Shown: positions 49,379 through 60,774, counted from the first letter of the stretch. The stretch is 62,643 nt of DNA from Rhodanobacteraceae bacterium (GCA_043754435.1 JAYUUS010000020.1:1-62643), one strand, 5' to 3'. Notes: a model not told the origin generated them from the letters alone. Numbers and translations are program-made.

Positions 49379-51226
49379 TCAAAACAGCATATTGACCATC
49401 GCTACCGAAATCACAATAAACATGACGGTAATCGGCAGGCCGACGCGTAGCAAATCGCGTTTTTGGTAGCCACCGGGGCCTTGAATCATTGCAATGACCG
49501 GGTTCGAGGCAGTTAGGAAATTATTCGACGCCGCTAGACTAACAATCAGCGCGAATTGCGCGGGGTTGGCATTCACAGCGAGTGCGATGTTGATCGCGAT
49601 GGGCACCATTAGTACAGTGGAGCCGACTTGCCCCATGGACAGTGCTGTGACCGTCGTCAGTAATGCCAGCGCTATTTGCAGCGGTATCGCACCAACGAGG
49701 CCCACATGTTTTGCGATTTGCGCCGCTATCCAGCCAGCGGTGCCGGTTTGATCAATGGCGATGCTGATTGGGATTAGGCAGCTAAGCGAAAAAATCGTCT
49801 TCCAGTTGATCGCGCGATACGCTTCTTCTGTGGACAGCACGCCGGTGGCTAACATTCCGCATGCCCCCGCCATCAGCGCGATCGGCAAGGAAACATGCCC
49901 AGCAAACGCCAGCGTAAAGGCACCAATAAAGAAAAACAGCGCGAAACCCTGTTTGTGCGGGCGCTTCTCATCTTTTGGATAATCGGTGATGACAATAAAA
50001 TCACGATCTAAGGTGTGGTCGTTCAGCTCTTTCCAGCTGCTGTGAAAGATCAGCGTATCGCCGGACTGGAAGTTTAAGGTGCGGACTTGATCGCGAATCG
50101 TCACACCCGCCCGCACCAGCGCCAGCAGGTTCATGCCATAGCGTCGGCGCAGGCGCAGCTCCATCGCCGACTTGCCTAACCAAGCCGAGTTGGGCGGCAG
50201 CACCGCTTCAGAAACGCCCGCCGCAGTCGGGTCAAACAAAGCGCCTAAGTGATGCTTGCCGGGCAATATGCCCAAGCCAAACTCCGCTGCGAAACGTTCA
50301 ATTTGCGCAGGCGGCCCCAGCACGGCAAAAACGCAGCCCGCCTCAATTAGCTCGTCCATCGGCGGCGCAAGTCGCGTTTCTTCGCCGCGCTTCAACGCCA
50401 AAAATAGCGGCGCGGTGGGCAATAGTTCGGCTTCCCCTAAAGTTAACCCGACTACACGGCTATCAGGATAGACGCGCAACTCCAGCAATTGCCCAGTAAT
50501 GCCGTACAAATGCTCGAAATAGGCTTCCGTGGTGCGCGGTGTTACCGATTCCTCGGCATCTTCAACGGGCAGTTTTTTGAGGCCGAAAAAATAGAAATAC
50601 AGCAAGCCACACACAAGCAGCGCGGCACCGATTGGAAACACCGAAAACAGCTTGAAGGTGCTCAGAACCTGCGCACCTTGCGGCAAATTTTTATTCGTGC
50701 TTTCAATGAGATCACCCAGCAAGATCATGGGTGAGTTACCGATGGTGGTCATTGTGCCACCCAACACGATACAGGTTGCCATCGGCAGCAATAGATGCCC
50801 CAACGGAAACCCAGTGCGCGCAGCGATACGGCTGGCGACCGGTAAAAACAGCGCCATTACCGCCGGGTTTTGCATAACCCCAGAAACCGTGCCAGCAACC
50901 GCTGAAAGCGCCAACACCAAACGCCGCTCGGTATCCCCGGCTAGCCGCAAAATGAAATCCGCCGCGCGTCCCATCAAGCCAGTGTGCTCCATCCCAGCAC
51001 TCAGAATCATGACCGCCAAGATTGACATCACTGCATTGGATGCGAAGCCAGAAAACAGCTGCGTTAACGGCACCAAACCGGTTAACCCCAACACCACCAG
51101 CAGCAGCATCGCAGCAAGATCGACGCTCACCCACTCCGTTACAAACAAGCAAACCGTTAGCGCCAATACGCACAGCACCAGCAACATATCCAAGTTCAGT
51201 ACAATGCTGGTGTCCAAAACGCCCAT
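49379..51226 (-). CDS. SLC13/DASS-family permease with central TrkA-C domains
   Basis: 615 aa. Polytopic N- and C-terminal halves flank two soluble TrkA-C-like segments. Confidence 0.75.
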   Translation of the reverse strand: MGVLDTSIVLNLDMLLVLCVLALTVCLFVTEWVSVDLAAMLLLVVLGLTGLVPLTQLFSGFASNAVMSILAVMILSAGMEHTGLMGRAADFILRLAGDTERRLVLALSAVAGTVSGVMQNPAVMALFLPVASRIAARTGFPLGHLLLPMATCIVLGGTMTTIGNSPMILLGDLIESTNKNLPQGAQVLSTFKLFSVFPIGAALLVCGLLYFYFFGLKKLPVEDAEESVTPRTTEAYFEHLYGITGQLLELRVYPDSRVVGLTLGEAELLPTAPLFLALKRGEETRLAPPMDELIEAGCVFAVLGPPAQIERFAAEFGLGILPGKHHLGALFDPTAAGVSEAVLPPNSAWLGKSAMELRLRRRYGMNLLALVRAGVTIRDQVRTLNFQSGDTLIFHSSWKELNDHTLDRDFIVITDYPKDEKRPHKQGFALFFFIGAFTLAFAGHVSLPIALMAGACGMLATGVLSTEEAYRAINWKTIFSLSCLIPISIAIDQTGTAGWIAAQIAKHVGLVGAIPLQIALALLTTVTALSMGQVGSTVLMVPIAINIALAVNANPAQFALIVSLAASNNFLTASNPVIAMIQGPGGYQKRDLLRVGLPITVMFIVISVAMVNMLF

Positions 51227-51413
51227 TCGATTGGTGGCAAGGTGGGAAGTGTAGCCTTGCTTTGGCTAGTCCGCTGGGAATTAAGGTGCCGTGCGGCACG
51301 TGGATCCCCGATCAAAACTTTCGGGGATGACGAATAATCCTTAACCCCGAAGATTGGTGAGCACAGGCGAATTCACATCAGTTTGAATCGCACCCGTGAT
51401 GTTTGTTTCGAAA

Positions 51414-52019
51414 CTACGCCGCCGCTTCCGCCGCCATCGCTTCCATCACTTTTGGACGCGCTGCGATGAGTTCTACATAGCTGACCAATGTCGGCCATTG
51501 CGCGATATCAACGCCAGTCCATTTGCCCCAGCCTAGCACCGTAAACAGATAGGCATCGGCAATCGTAAAAGTATCGCCCGTCAAATACGGCTTGTCGCCT
51601 AATTGCTTGACAATCCAGTCCAAACGCCCGCCTAACTTGGTGCGGGCCATCGTTTTGAGCTCTTCGGTCATGCTGGGGTTGAACAGCGGGCCAAAACCTT
51701 TGTGAACTTCGGTCGAAATAAACGCCATCCATTCACGCAAACGCGTGCGCGCCATGGTGCCTACTGGCGGCGCTAAATTGGCGGCGGGATTGAGATCGGC
51801 GATGTATTCGGAGATCACCGAGCCTTCGGTGAGCAGCTCGCCATTATCCAGCATCAGCACCGGCACATAGCCTTTGGGGTTGATTTGATAATAATCGCTG
51901 CCATCGGCTACGGTGTGCGCACGAATATCGACTTTGACCAAATCAAATTTAAGTCCGGCTTCGCGCAGGGCAATATGCGGCGCGAGCGAGCAAACCGATG
52001 GATTGAAATACAGTTTCAT
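51414..52019 (-). CDS. gstA: Glutathione S-transferase (GstA-like, beta class)
   Basis: MKLYFNPSVCSLAPHIALREAGLKFDLVKVD closely parallels the GstA N-terminus. 201 aa. Confidence 0.8.
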   Translation of the reverse strand: MKLYFNPSVCSLAPHIALREAGLKFDLVKVDIRAHTVADGSDYYQINPKGYVPVLMLDNGELLTEGSVISEYIADLNPAANLAPPVGTMARTRLREWMAFISTEVHKGFGPLFNPSMTEELKTMARTKLGGRLDWIVKQLGDKPYLTGDTFTIADAYLFTVLGWGKWTGVDIAQWPTLVSYVELIAARPKVMEAMAAEAAA

Positions 52020-52189
52020 GGGTGTTTCCTTTTTTACGGTGGAGTGACAAAAACGCGCGTTTTGTTGGGTAATTTTGGACGCAAAGATGTTCTACAAATG
52101 ACCAGTGTCCTTTTGCGCGCATATTCAAGTCGCCTTCGCAGTGGCTTCGTGGTCAAATTGGGGCATCCGTTCGTTTCCACAAGCCCACC

Positions 52190-52924
52190 ATGTCAATTCG
52201 TATCCAAGATAAAGATGGCGTACGCACCATCGCCTTTGCTCGCCCTGAAAAGAAAAACGCCATTACCGGCGAGATGTATTTAAAAATCGTTGATGCCATG
52301 AGAAACGCAGCGGAAAACCCGGAAATTAAGGTGATTTTGTTCGCCAGCACCAATGAAAATTTCACCGCCGGTAACGACGTTGGCGATTTTGCCGCGAATC
52401 CGCCGAGCGGGCCGGAAGCACCGGTGATTCAGTTGCTAAAGCTGTTGTGCGAGTATAAAAAGCCGCTGGTGGCGGCGGTGCCGGGGCTTGCGATTGGTAT
52501 CGGCACGACGTTGCTGCTGCACTGCGATTTGGTTTATGCCAGCGATACCGCAAAATTCAAAATGCCGTTTGTCGACTTAGCTTTGGTACCGGAAGCGGGC
52601 TCCAGCCAGCTGTTAGTGCAGCTTATGGGGCATCAGCGTGCCGCTGAATTGCTGCTGTTGGGCGAAGCATTTGATGCACCGCGCGCGCTGGCACTGGGCA
52701 TTGTCAATCAAGTGGTACCGCAAACGGAATTGCTCAACTTGGCGCGCGCCAAGGCAGCGCAGCTGGCCGCCAAGCCGACCAATGCCTTGATCGCCAGCAA
52801 AGCTCTGATGAAATGCGCACCCGAGCCACTTTGGGATCGCGTGCAGCGCGAGCTTGTGGTTTTTTCGGAGGCGTTGAACAGCCCGGAAGCGAAGGCCGCG
52901 TTTGCACGTTTTCTGAGTAAGTAA
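52190..52924 (+). CDS. Enoyl-CoA hydratase/isomerase family protein
   Basis: RPEKKNAIT..., F.AGNDVGDF and PLVAAVPGLAIGIGTTLLLHCDLVYAS are crotonase-fold motifs. Confidence 0.8.
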   Translation: MSIRIQDKDGVRTIAFARPEKKNAITGEMYLKIVDAMRNAAENPEIKVILFASTNENFTAGNDVGDFAANPPSGPEAPVIQLLKLLCEYKKPLVAAVPGLAIGIGTTLLLHCDLVYASDTAKFKMPFVDLALVPEAGSSQLLVQLMGHQRAAELLLLGEAFDAPRALALGIVNQVVPQTELLNLARAKAAQLAAKPTNALIASKALMKCAPEPLWDRVQRELVVFSEALNSPEAKAAFARFLSK

Positions 52925-52988
52925 GCGAAAACGAAGTTTTCTGTAACGTAAATAACGTCTACTACTAGTTTGCTAAGAGCCTGAAATT

Positions 52989-53195
52989 ATGTCGGATATG
53001 ACGCCCGGTGAAGTATTTAGAAAGCTGCACGAGCTGCGCCACGAGCATCGTGACTTGGATGTTGCCATCGAGCAATTGGGGGTCAGCATTAGCAATGATG
53101 AAGTCACGATCAAGCGTTTGAAAAAACGCAAATTGCTGTTGAAGGATCAAATTGCGGTGCTGGAAAATAAGCTGATTCCGGATCAACCCGCTTGA
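52989..53195 (+). CDS. YdcH/DUF465-family small protein
   Basis: 68 aa. ..LRHEHRDLDVAI......IKRLKKRKLLLKDQI is a DUF465 coiled-coil signature. Confidence 0.6.
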   Translation: MSDMTPGEVFRKLHELRHEHRDLDVAIEQLGVSISNDEVTIKRLKKRKLLLKDQIAVLENKLIPDQPA

Positions 53196-54142
53196 GTGAG
53201 ACGACTATTGCGCGCACCGGGGAGGGTTGGTTGCCCTGGTTTGCGTTCGCCGCGATCAGCCTGATTTGGGGTTCGACTTGGCTGGCGCACAAGTGGGCAC
53301 TGGCGGACTTTACCCCCGTGGGTTTATTGACCGTGCGCTTGCTGATCGCCTCGGTCGCGTGTTTTACGCTGGGCCGAATCCGCCGGGAAAGTTTTCCTGA
53401 TCGGGCGCAGCTGAAGCCTATTCTTTTGGCGGGCCTGATTTTGACCGGGTTTGCCAACGTGTCCACAGCTTGGTCATTAACCCATATTCCATCCGGTGTG
53501 GGCGCGGTGTTGCAAGCCCCGATTCCCGTTTGGATGGCGCTGTTTAGCTTGCGCACTGATCCTTTAAGTAAAATCGGCTGGCTCGCCGCAGGACTGGGAT
53601 TGGTGGGCGTGGCACTGGTCAGTATTCCCGAACACAGCACTGGCGAGTTTAGTGTGCTGCCGAGTTTAGTCTGCATTTTTGCGGCGGCCAGCTGGTCTTG
53701 GGCGTCGCTGTATCAGCGCAAAAACGTCAGCAGTGGCGGTTTACTGACCAACGCCAGCCTGCAAATGCTGCAAGGCGGGTTGTTGGGCTTGCTGATGCTG
53801 GGCTTAGGCTTTCCCGCCACTACGCACGGTACGGTAAGTTCAACGGCTTGGTATGCAGTGGCTTATTTGGTCGGCTTTGGGTCGTGCATTGCCTTTGCCG
53901 CATATTTGTATTTGACCCAAGTGTGGCACCCAGCCCGCGCCGGTAGTTTTTCCTATCTCAACCCGGTGGTCGCGGTCGCGTTAGGGGCCTGGATCGGTGG
54001 CGAGCCGCTGAGCTGGCGCATCGGCATCGGCTTAGCCGTGATTTTATTGGCCGTGGCAGTATTGCAATACGCGACGATTCGAGTCGCTCGGCGCGACGCG
54101 AAACGTTTGCTTGATACCGCCGCAGGCGAACCTGGAAACTAG
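53192..54142 (+). CDS. EamA/DMT-family transporter
   Basis: 316 aa, about 10 TM, with two EamA-like halves (..ISLIWGSTWLA.. and ..LNPVVAVALGAWIGGEPL..). Confidence 0.7.
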   Translation: MSETTIARTGEGWLPWFAFAAISLIWGSTWLAHKWALADFTPVGLLTVRLLIASVACFTLGRIRRESFPDRAQLKPILLAGLILTGFANVSTAWSLTHIPSGVGAVLQAPIPVWMALFSLRTDPLSKIGWLAAGLGLVGVALVSIPEHSTGEFSVLPSLVCIFAAASWSWASLYQRKNVSSGGLLTNASLQMLQGGLLGLLMLGLGFPATTHGTVSSTAWYAVAYLVGFGSCIAFAAYLYLTQVWHPARAGSFSYLNPVVAVALGAWIGGEPLSWRIGIGLAVILLAVAVLQYATIRVARRDAKRLLDTAAGEPGN

Positions 54143-54168
54143 CAGCTTTTAATTGAGTGTAAATATCG

Positions 54169-54870
54169 ATGCTGACCCAAAATAACTTTTTTGTTGGTTT
54201 GTTTGCCGAGACAAACAAAATCCCACTCGCAGTAAAACTGCTCTACACCGCCTTCATGGCCGTGCTGATTCCGTTTTATCTAAAAGAATACGGTGCAACT
54301 AATTTCCTGTATTTTTGCGATGTCGCGCTATTTTTTACGCTGGCCGCCGTCTGGACCGAGAAGCCAATTTTGGCGGCGATGCCGGCAGTGGGCATTTTGT
54401 TGCCGCAAACGCTGTGGTGCGCCGATTTTATTGGCACCGCGATGAATTTACCGGTCAATGGCATGACCGCGTATATGTTTGATGCCACTATCCCAAAATT
54501 TGCGCGTTCACTGTCGTTTTTCCATTTTTGGCTGCCGTTTTTGCTGGTGTATTTGGTTTACAAACTCGGCTATGACCGGCGTGCGCTGAAATATTGGACG
54601 CTGCTTGCTTGGGTATTATTATTAGTTTGCTATTTTTTTATGCCCGCGCCGCCAGCACCGAATAGCGCCACGCCGGTCAATATCAATTATGTTTTCGGCA
54701 TGAATGATAAGGCCGCACAAACTTACATGCACCCGCTTAGCTGGCTAGCGATGCTGATGCTGGTGCTGCCGATCGCGCTGTATTTACCTACGCATTGGGC
54801 GTTAAAGCGCTGGTTTGGGCAGCCTGTGGCAGATACGGCACCGAATCAAACCGCATCACCAGCGCATTGA
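54169..54870 (+). CDS. Hypothetical polytopic membrane protein
   Basis: 233-aa ORF with multiple hydrophobic helices. No family recognised. Confidence 0.4.
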   Translation: MLTQNNFFVGLFAETNKIPLAVKLLYTAFMAVLIPFYLKEYGATNFLYFCDVALFFTLAAVWTEKPILAAMPAVGILLPQTLWCADFIGTAMNLPVNGMTAYMFDATIPKFARSLSFFHFWLPFLLVYLVYKLGYDRRALKYWTLLAWVLLLVCYFFMPAPPAPNSATPVNINYVFGMNDKAAQTYMHPLSWLAMLMLVLPIALYLPTHWALKRWFGQPVADTAPNQTASPAH

Positions 54871-54904
54871 CGAACTTTTGCAGCTCGTGTGGTAATCTTG
54901 TCAG

Positions 54905-55099
54905 GCAAGCGGGAGAGACTGTCAAGGTCAAGCCCAGGCAGCGCCGAAGGAGCAACCGCCCCGGAAACTCTCAGGCAAAAGGACCGCTTGCAGCCCAAAT
55001 ACACGTTTTTTAGCGTGTGCTTGGAAAAAACTCTGGAAAATTGCGCGTTTAAGCACGCGCGTGCCGACGGGATAACGCTCTCAGGCAACACAGACAGAG
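54905..55099 (+). promoter_or_regulatory. Tandem glycine riboswitch (two aptamers) in the gcvP leader
   Basis: Aptamer 1 (54905-54991): gcaagcGGGAGAG...CGCCGAAGGAGCAA...CCGGAAACTCTCAGGCAAAAGGACcgcttgc. Aptamer 2 (55031-55099): CTCTGGAAAA...GCCGACGGGATAA..CTCTCAGGCAACACAGACAGAG. Confidence 0.85.
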
Positions 55100-55158
55100 G
55101 GGGCATGAAATATCGGCTTGTTCAAAGCTGGCCACCTCATGCCCAACTCAGGATTTTT

Positions 55159-58068
55159 ATGCCCACCCACAAGCAATATACGCCTTCGGCGTTTGACTTC
55201 GCTGCGCGCCACATTGGCCCAGCACCCTTTGAAGTCGACCAAATGCTGGAAACCATTGGTGCCAGCTCCCTCGAAGCGTTAATCCAAGAAACCGTGCCGA
55301 ATGATATTCGGCCGCTACATCCGCTTTCAAAATACATTGGTGCACCGCTATCGGAAGTCGAAGCAATCGCAAAAATGCGCGGCCTTGCCGAGCAAAATCA
55401 GGTGTTTACCTCCTTGATTGGTCAAGGCTATTACGGCACGCACCTACCGTTTGTGATTCAGCGCAATATCTTGGAAAACCCAGCTTGGTATACCGCCTAC
55501 ACGCCGTATCAGCCGGAAATCTCGCAGGGCCGCTTGGAAGCGCTGTTGAACTACCAAACCATGATTGTGGAGCTGACCGGCTTGGATGTATCCAATGCGT
55601 CTTTGCTCGATGAAGCAACCGCTGGCGCAGAAGCAATGGCGGTCGCCAAGCGCGTTGGCAAATCTGGCGCGAACGCGTTTTTTATTGACGAAAATTGCCA
55701 CGCACAAACCATTGCAGTGATGCGCACACGCGCCGAGCCCTTGGGTTGGAGCCTGATCGTCGGTAATCCACACACCGATCTGGACGCCAGCAAGGTTTTC
55801 GGCGCGATTTTTCAATATCCAGGCACAGACGGCGAAATTCGTGACTTCCGCCCCGCCATTGCGGCACTGAAAGCTGCGGGCGCAATTTCCATTATGGCGG
55901 CGGATTTACTCGCCTTGGTGGTATTGACGCCGCCCGGCGCACTGGGTGCGGATATCGCGATTGGCTGTACGCAACGATTTGGCGTGCCGATGGGTTTTGG
56001 CGGCCCGCACGCCGCTTATATGGCGGTGAAAGACGCGCATAAACGCGCAATTCCAGGGCGCTTAATTGGCGTCAGCATTGATTCCGCCGGCAAGCCTGCC
56101 TATCGCTTGAGCCTACAAACGCGCGAGCAACATATACGTCGCGAAAAAGCCACGTCCAATATCTGCACCGCACAAGTCTTGCTGGCCGTGATCGCTTCGA
56201 TGTATGCGGTTTATCACGGCCCGGACGGCCTACATGAAATTGCGTCCAAGGTGCATCAGCGCACGGCGATCTTAGCGGCGGGCTTGCAAAAACTGGGCGT
56301 AGTGATTGAAAACGCCAGCTATTTCGATACCTTGACGCTCAATGTAGGCCCGAAGCGCGATGCAATTATTGCGTCGGCGGCAGCCCGCAAAATCAATTTC
56401 CGCCTGATTGACGACGCCCGCATTGGCATATCGCTGGATGAAACCAGCACGCCAGCCTTGATTGAAACCCTGCTTACCATTTTCGCAGATGTGCTGAAAT
56501 GCGCCACACTGAAATATAGCGAGCTCCAAGCAGCGCTTGCGATTCCCGCTGAATTGACCCGTGCGGGCGCTTGTTTACGCCACCCGGTCTTCCAAACGCA
56601 CCACTCGGAAACCGAATTGCTGCGCTATATGCGCAAACTTTCCGATCGCGACTTGGCGCTAGACCGCGCGATGATTCCGTTAGGCTCGTGCACCATGAAG
56701 CTCAATGCCACCGCTGAAATGATGCCCGTCACTTGGCCGGAATTTGGCGCGCTGCATCCGTTTGCACCTGCATCACAAACTCGCGGCTATCAGCAGCTAT
56801 TTGATGAGCTGAGCCAATGGCTAATCGATATCACCGGCTACGAAGCCATCAGCCTACAGCCTAATTCGGGCGCGCAAGGTGAATACGCCGGGCTGCTGGC
56901 GATTCGCGGCTACCATCTCAGCCGCGGTGAAGGGCACCGTAAAATTTGCTTGATTCCGCAATCCGCACACGGCACCAACCCGGCGTCCGCGCACATGGTG
57001 GGCATGGACGTGGTGGTGGTGAATTGCGATGCCGAGGGCAATGTCGATCTAGCGGATTTGACCGCGAAAGCCGAGCTACACAGCAAGAATCTAGCGGCGC
57101 TGATGGTCACCTACCCATCTACGCACGGCGTATTTGAAGAAGCGATTCGCGCCATTTGCGATCTGACCCACAAGCACGGCGGCCAAGTGTATATGGACGG
57201 CGCGAACATGAACGCGCAAGTGGGCGTGTCGCGGCCGGGCGATTTCGGTGCCGATGTCAGCCACTTAAATCTACACAAAACCTTTTGCATCCCGCACGGC
57301 GGCGGTGGCCCCGGCATGGGCCCAATTGGCGTGAAAGCACACCTTGCACCGTTTTTGTGTGGGCATCCCATGCTTGACGGCGGCAAGCCAATTTCGGCTG
57401 ACGCAAAAGGTATTTACGTCGGGCCAGTGTCGGCGGCACCGTTTGGCTCCGCCAGTATTTTGCCGATTTCTTACGCCTATATTGTGATGATGGGCGGTGC
57501 TGGCTTGACGCGCGCCACCGAGGTCGCCATTTTGAGCGCCAACTACATCGCCACACGTTTAGAGCCGCACTTTCCGCTGCTGTATAAAAACCACAACGGC
57601 CGCGTTGCGCACGAATGTATTTTGGATCCACGCGCCATGAAAGATAAATACGGGGTGTCGGTAGACGATATTGCCAAGCGCTTGATCGACTTTGGCTTTC
57701 ACGCCCCGACCATGAGTTTCCCAGTGGTGGGAACCTTGATGGTGGAACCGACCGAATCGGAGGCAAAGGTCGAGATTGACCGTTTTTGCGATGCGATGAT
57801 TCAAATTCGCCATGAAATTGATGAGGTTGCAAATGGCCGCTTCGCCATCGAAGACAGCCCATTACGGCATGCGCCACACACGGTGTTCGACTTGGCGAAA
57901 GACGACTGGAACCGCAAATACAGTCGCTCTGAAGGCTGTTTTCCGAAGGGTTCAAGCCTGCAAGACAAGTATTGGAGCCCGGTTGGCCGCGTCGATAATG
58001 TCTATGGTGATAAAAATCTAGTGTGCTCGTGCCCGACGCCGGATAGTTATCGGGATGGGGCGGCTTAA
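55159..58068 (+). CDS. gcvP: Glycine dehydrogenase (decarboxylating), glycine cleavage P protein
   Basis: 969 aa from ATG 55159 ([21 protein letters not shown]..). The PLP-site region [16 protein letters not shown] is present. The 90 upstream codons of the track ORF are the riboswitch. Confidence 0.95.
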   Translation: MPTHKQYTPSAFDFAARHIGPAPFEVDQMLETIGASSLEALIQETVPNDIRPLHPLSKYIGAPLSEVEAIAKMRGLAEQNQVFTSLIGQGYYGTHLPFVIQRNILENPAWYTAYTPYQPEISQGRLEALLNYQTMIVELTGLDVSNASLLDEATAGAEAMAVAKRVGKSGANAFFIDENCHAQTIAVMRTRAEPLGWSLIVGNPHTDLDASKVFGAIFQYPGTDGEIRDFRPAIAALKAAGAISIMAADLLALVVLTPPGALGADIAIGCTQRFGVPMGFGGPHAAYMAVKDAHKRAIPGRLIGVSIDSAGKPAYRLSLQTREQHIRREKATSNICTAQVLLAVIASMYAVYHGPDGLHEIASKVHQRTAILAAGLQKLGVVIENASYFDTLTLNVGPKRDAIIASAAARKINFRLIDDARIGISLDETSTPALIETLLTIFADVLKCATLKYSELQAALAIPAELTRAGACLRHPVFQTHHSETELLRYMRKLSDRDLALDRAMIPLGSCTMKLNATAEMMPVTWPEFGALHPFAPASQTRGYQQLFDELSQWLIDITGYEAISLQPNSGAQGEYAGLLAIRGYHLSRGEGHRKICLIPQSAHGTNPASAHMVGMDVVVVNCDAEGNVDLADLTAKAELHSKNLAALMVTYPSTHGVFEEAIRAICDLTHKHGGQVYMDGANMNAQVGVSRPGDFGADVSHLNLHKTFCIPHGGGGPGMGPIGVKAHLAPFLCGHPMLDGGKPISADAKGIYVGPVSAAPFGSASILPISYAYIVMMGGAGLTRATEVAILSANYIATRLEPHFPLLYKNHNGRVAHECILDPRAMKDKYGVSVDDIAKRLIDFGFHAPTMSFPVVGTLMVEPTESEAKVEIDRFCDAMIQIRHEIDEVANGRFAIEDSPLRHAPHTVFDLAKDDWNRKYSRSEGCFPKGSSLQDKYWSPVGRVDNVYGDKNLVCSCPTPDSYRDGAA

Positions 58069-58096
58069 TTCCAATTTAGAACCGAACAACAATCGG

Positions 58097-58127
58097 CCGG
58101 GTAAGCTGCACGCTAACCCGGTTTTTT
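58097..58127. terminator. Hairpin with T-run between convergent gcvP and pgk
   Basis: ccgggt-aagctgcacgcta-acccgg followed by tttttt. Confidence 0.6.
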
Positions 58128-58146
58128 ACTATATTAAGCCGACAAA

Positions 58147-59349
58147 TTACGCCGTTTCCGCCGCCCGCTCCGCTAAAACCCTGACCGCAGGCAAAGTCTT
58201 ACCTTCCAGAAACTCCAAAAACGCGCCGCCGCCGGTAGAAACGTAGCTAATTTTGCCGTCCACGCCAAACTTCTCAATCGCAGCTAACGTATCGCCACCG
58301 CCGGCGATGGAAAATGCGGCGCTGTCCGCTATCGCCAGCGCGACCGCTTTTGTACCGGCGGCAAAATTTTCGAACTCAAATACACCGACCGGGCCATTCC
58401 AAACGACGGTGCCCGCATCTGCAATCAATTGCGCGTAAAGCGCGGCGGTTTTTGGCCCGATATCCAAAATCATCTCATTCGCATCAATGCTATCTATGCC
58501 TTCAATGTTTGCCTGGGCGCTGGCGCTGAATTCGGCGGCGCTGGCGACATCCAGCGGCAAAGGAATCGTGGCACCGCGTGCTTTCGCTTTCGCCATAATC
58601 TCGCGCGCGGTTTGCAGCAAATCTGGCTCATACAGCGATTTGCCGACGGCAAAACCACTCGCGGCCAGAAAAGTATTGGCGATTCCACCGCCAACGATCA
58701 GCTGATCAACTTTTTCAACCAAAGCGCTTAATAGCTCCAGCTTGCTCGACACCTTGCTGCCCGCAACGATGGCCAACAGCGGCCGCTTAGGGCTTTCCAG
58801 CGCCAAACCTAGCGCGTCTAGCTCCGCCGTCAATAACGGCCCAGCGCAGGCGATTTTGGCAAAACGCGCCACCCCGTGCGTGCTGGCCTGCGCGCGGTGC
58901 GCGGTGCCAAAGGCATCCATCACAAACACATCGCACAGCGCCGCATATTGACGGCTCAAGGCTTCAGCGTCTTTGCCCTCGCCGACATTCATCCGCACAT
59001 TTTCCAACAGCACCAACGCGCCCGGCGCCACTACAACGCCATCCAGATAGTCCCGAATCAGCGCCACTTTGAAACCTAAATGCTGGCTCAGCCAGTCGGC
59101 CACCGGGCTTAGTGACTCTGAAGCCTCAAACACGCCTTCTTTGGGGCGCCCCAAATGGCTCATGACCATCACCGCCGCACCTTTTTCCAGCGCCAGCCGC
59201 AGCGTCGGCAAGGCCGCCTCCAGCCGCTGGCTGGCAGTGATGTGCGGCACGCCTGCAGCGTCCAGCGCAATCGGCACATTAAGATCTTCCCGGATCAGCA
59301 CGCGCTTACCGTCAAGAGCTAAATCAGTCATACGAATAAAGTTGGGCAT
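58147..59349 (-). CDS. pgk: Phosphoglycerate kinase
   Basis: [23 protein letters not shown]-terminus and ..[14 protein letters not shown].. C-terminus. Confidence 0.95.
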   Translation of the reverse strand: MPNFIRMTDLALDGKRVLIREDLNVPIALDAAGVPHITASQRLEAALPTLRLALEKGAAVMVMSHLGRPKEGVFEASESLSPVADWLSQHLGFKVALIRDYLDGVVVAPGALVLLENVRMNVGEGKDAEALSRQYAALCDVFVMDAFGTAHRAQASTHGVARFAKIACAGPLLTAELDALGLALESPKRPLLAIVAGSKVSSKLELLSALVEKVDQLIVGGGIANTFLAASGFAVGKSLYEPDLLQTAREIMAKAKARGATIPLPLDVASAAEFSASAQANIEGIDSIDANEMILDIGPKTAALYAQLIADAGTVVWNGPVGVFEFENFAAGTKAVALAIADSAAFSIAGGGDTLAAIEKFGVDGKISYVSTGGGAFLEFLEGKTLPAVRVLAERAAETA

Positions 59350-59462
59350 GGCGGTGTCTTAAGACTAAATAGGGGCGCGAATCATACGACCATCTGATCG
59401 CGCAAATCCGAACAACATTGGCCTTGCGCTGTATAACTGGTGTATAAGACCCTGCATAAGTA

Positions 59463-59602
59463 CGTGGATAAGCCTTTAGTAGTGCGGTGGAAAAAGTTAT
59501 CCACGCATGCTGCACCGATTTTGCCATTCTTGTTAAGATCGATACCCACGCGTTTTGAGCGATAATCATTCGATCAATCAAAGACTTGTAAAGTTACCCA
59601 CA
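59463..59602. promoter_or_regulatory. Cluster of DnaA-box-like 9-mers upstream of dnaN
   Basis: cgtggataa (59463-59471, reverse complement TTATCCACG), ttatccacg (59497-59505) and ttacccaca (59594-59602). GATC sites are nearby, followed by (ACT)5 at 59615-59629 and an AT-rich stretch before dnaN. Confidence 0.5.
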
Positions 59603-59666
59603 AAATTAGTGAACACTACTACTACTACTATTTTCTTTATAAATAAGAACTAAAAGAAGAGTTGCT

Positions 59667-60767
59667 ATGCGCTTTGCCGTACCTAGAGAAATCCTGCTTA
59701 AGCCACTCCAACAAGTTATTGGCGTTGTTGAAAAACGCCAAACGATGCCGGTGTTAGCAAATATCTTGATTCAAGTGAAAGCTAACGAAGTGAGGCTTAC
59801 TACAACTGATCTTGAAGTTGAAATGCAGGGTCGAATGGCGGTGGTAGGTGCTGAAGAAGGCGAAATTACGGTTCCCGGACGTAAGTTCTTTGACATCATC
59901 CGCGCCCTTCCGGATGGCACAAATATTGATATGAAGCTTACAAAAGATAAGGTAAGCCTCAGCGCTGGGCGCAGTCGTTACACATTAGCGACTTTGCCCG
60001 CGACAGAATTTCCACCGGTAGATATCGGCGAAATTCAATATCGTTCAACTGTTGCGGGCGCATCACTGAAAGAGTTAATTGATCGCACGGGTTTTGCGAT
60101 GGCGGTGCAAGACGTTCGTTACTATCTAAACGGTCTGCTGTTGGAGCTGCGGGGCAGTAACCTGCGTGCAGTCGCCACAGACGGCCACCGCTTGGCGTTG
60201 TGCGATTCCAGCGTAGAGGCCGGTAGTGCAGCAGAGCGGCAAGTGATCGTGCCGCGCAAGGGCATCCTAGAGCTTGCTAAGCTGATCGGCGGTGGTGAAG
60301 ACCAGGTCGAGCTAGAATTTTCGCGAAACCATCTGCGCGTAAAAGTCGGCAATGCGGTAATGACGACTAAATTAATTGATGGACGTTTCCCTGATTATGA
60401 CGCTGTCATTCCGATTGGTGCCGATAAAACTGCACTGATGAATAAAGATGAGTTGAAATCAGCGCTACAGCGCGCAGCGATTTTAAGTAATGAAAAATAT
60501 CGCGGCGTACGCATTGAGTTAAACCCAGGCGTGGTGCGAATTGTGGCCACCAATGCTGAGCAAGATGAAGCGGTCGAAGAAATTGCCGCAGAAACCGTTG
60601 TTAGCAACTTAGGCATCGGCTTTAACGTTAATTACCTAATGGATGCGGTAAACGCATTGGAAGGCTCGGAAGTATTGCTTTGCCTACGTGACTCTGCAAG
60701 TTCTGGGCTAGTGCGCGGCAAAGATAATTCGCGTGTGCGACATGTAGTCATGCCACTGCGTTTGTAA
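59667..60767 (+). CDS. dnaN: DNA polymerase III beta sliding clamp
   Basis: 366 aa. MRFAVPREILLKPLQQVIGVVEKRQTMPVLANILI and C-terminal ..VVMPLRL. Confidence 0.95.
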   Translation: MRFAVPREILLKPLQQVIGVVEKRQTMPVLANILIQVKANEVRLTTTDLEVEMQGRMAVVGAEEGEITVPGRKFFDIIRALPDGTNIDMKLTKDKVSLSAGRSRYTLATLPATEFPPVDIGEIQYRSTVAGASLKELIDRTGFAMAVQDVRYYLNGLLLELRGSNLRAVATDGHRLALCDSSVEAGSAAERQVIVPRKGILELAKLIGGGEDQVELEFSRNHLRVKVGNAVMTTKLIDGRFPDYDAVIPIGADKTALMNKDELKSALQRAAILSNEKYRGVRIELNPGVVRIVATNAEQDEAVEEIAAETVVSNLGIGFNVNYLMDAVNALEGSEVLLCLRDSASSGLVRGKDNSRVRHVVMPLRL

Positions 60768-60774
60768 TTGATAA

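Noticed and set aside
54889-55158. The 90-codon N-terminal extension of gcvP in the ORF track
   Set aside because: This stretch is the glycine riboswitch and its expression platform. The conserved GcvP N-terminus starts at the ATG at 55159.
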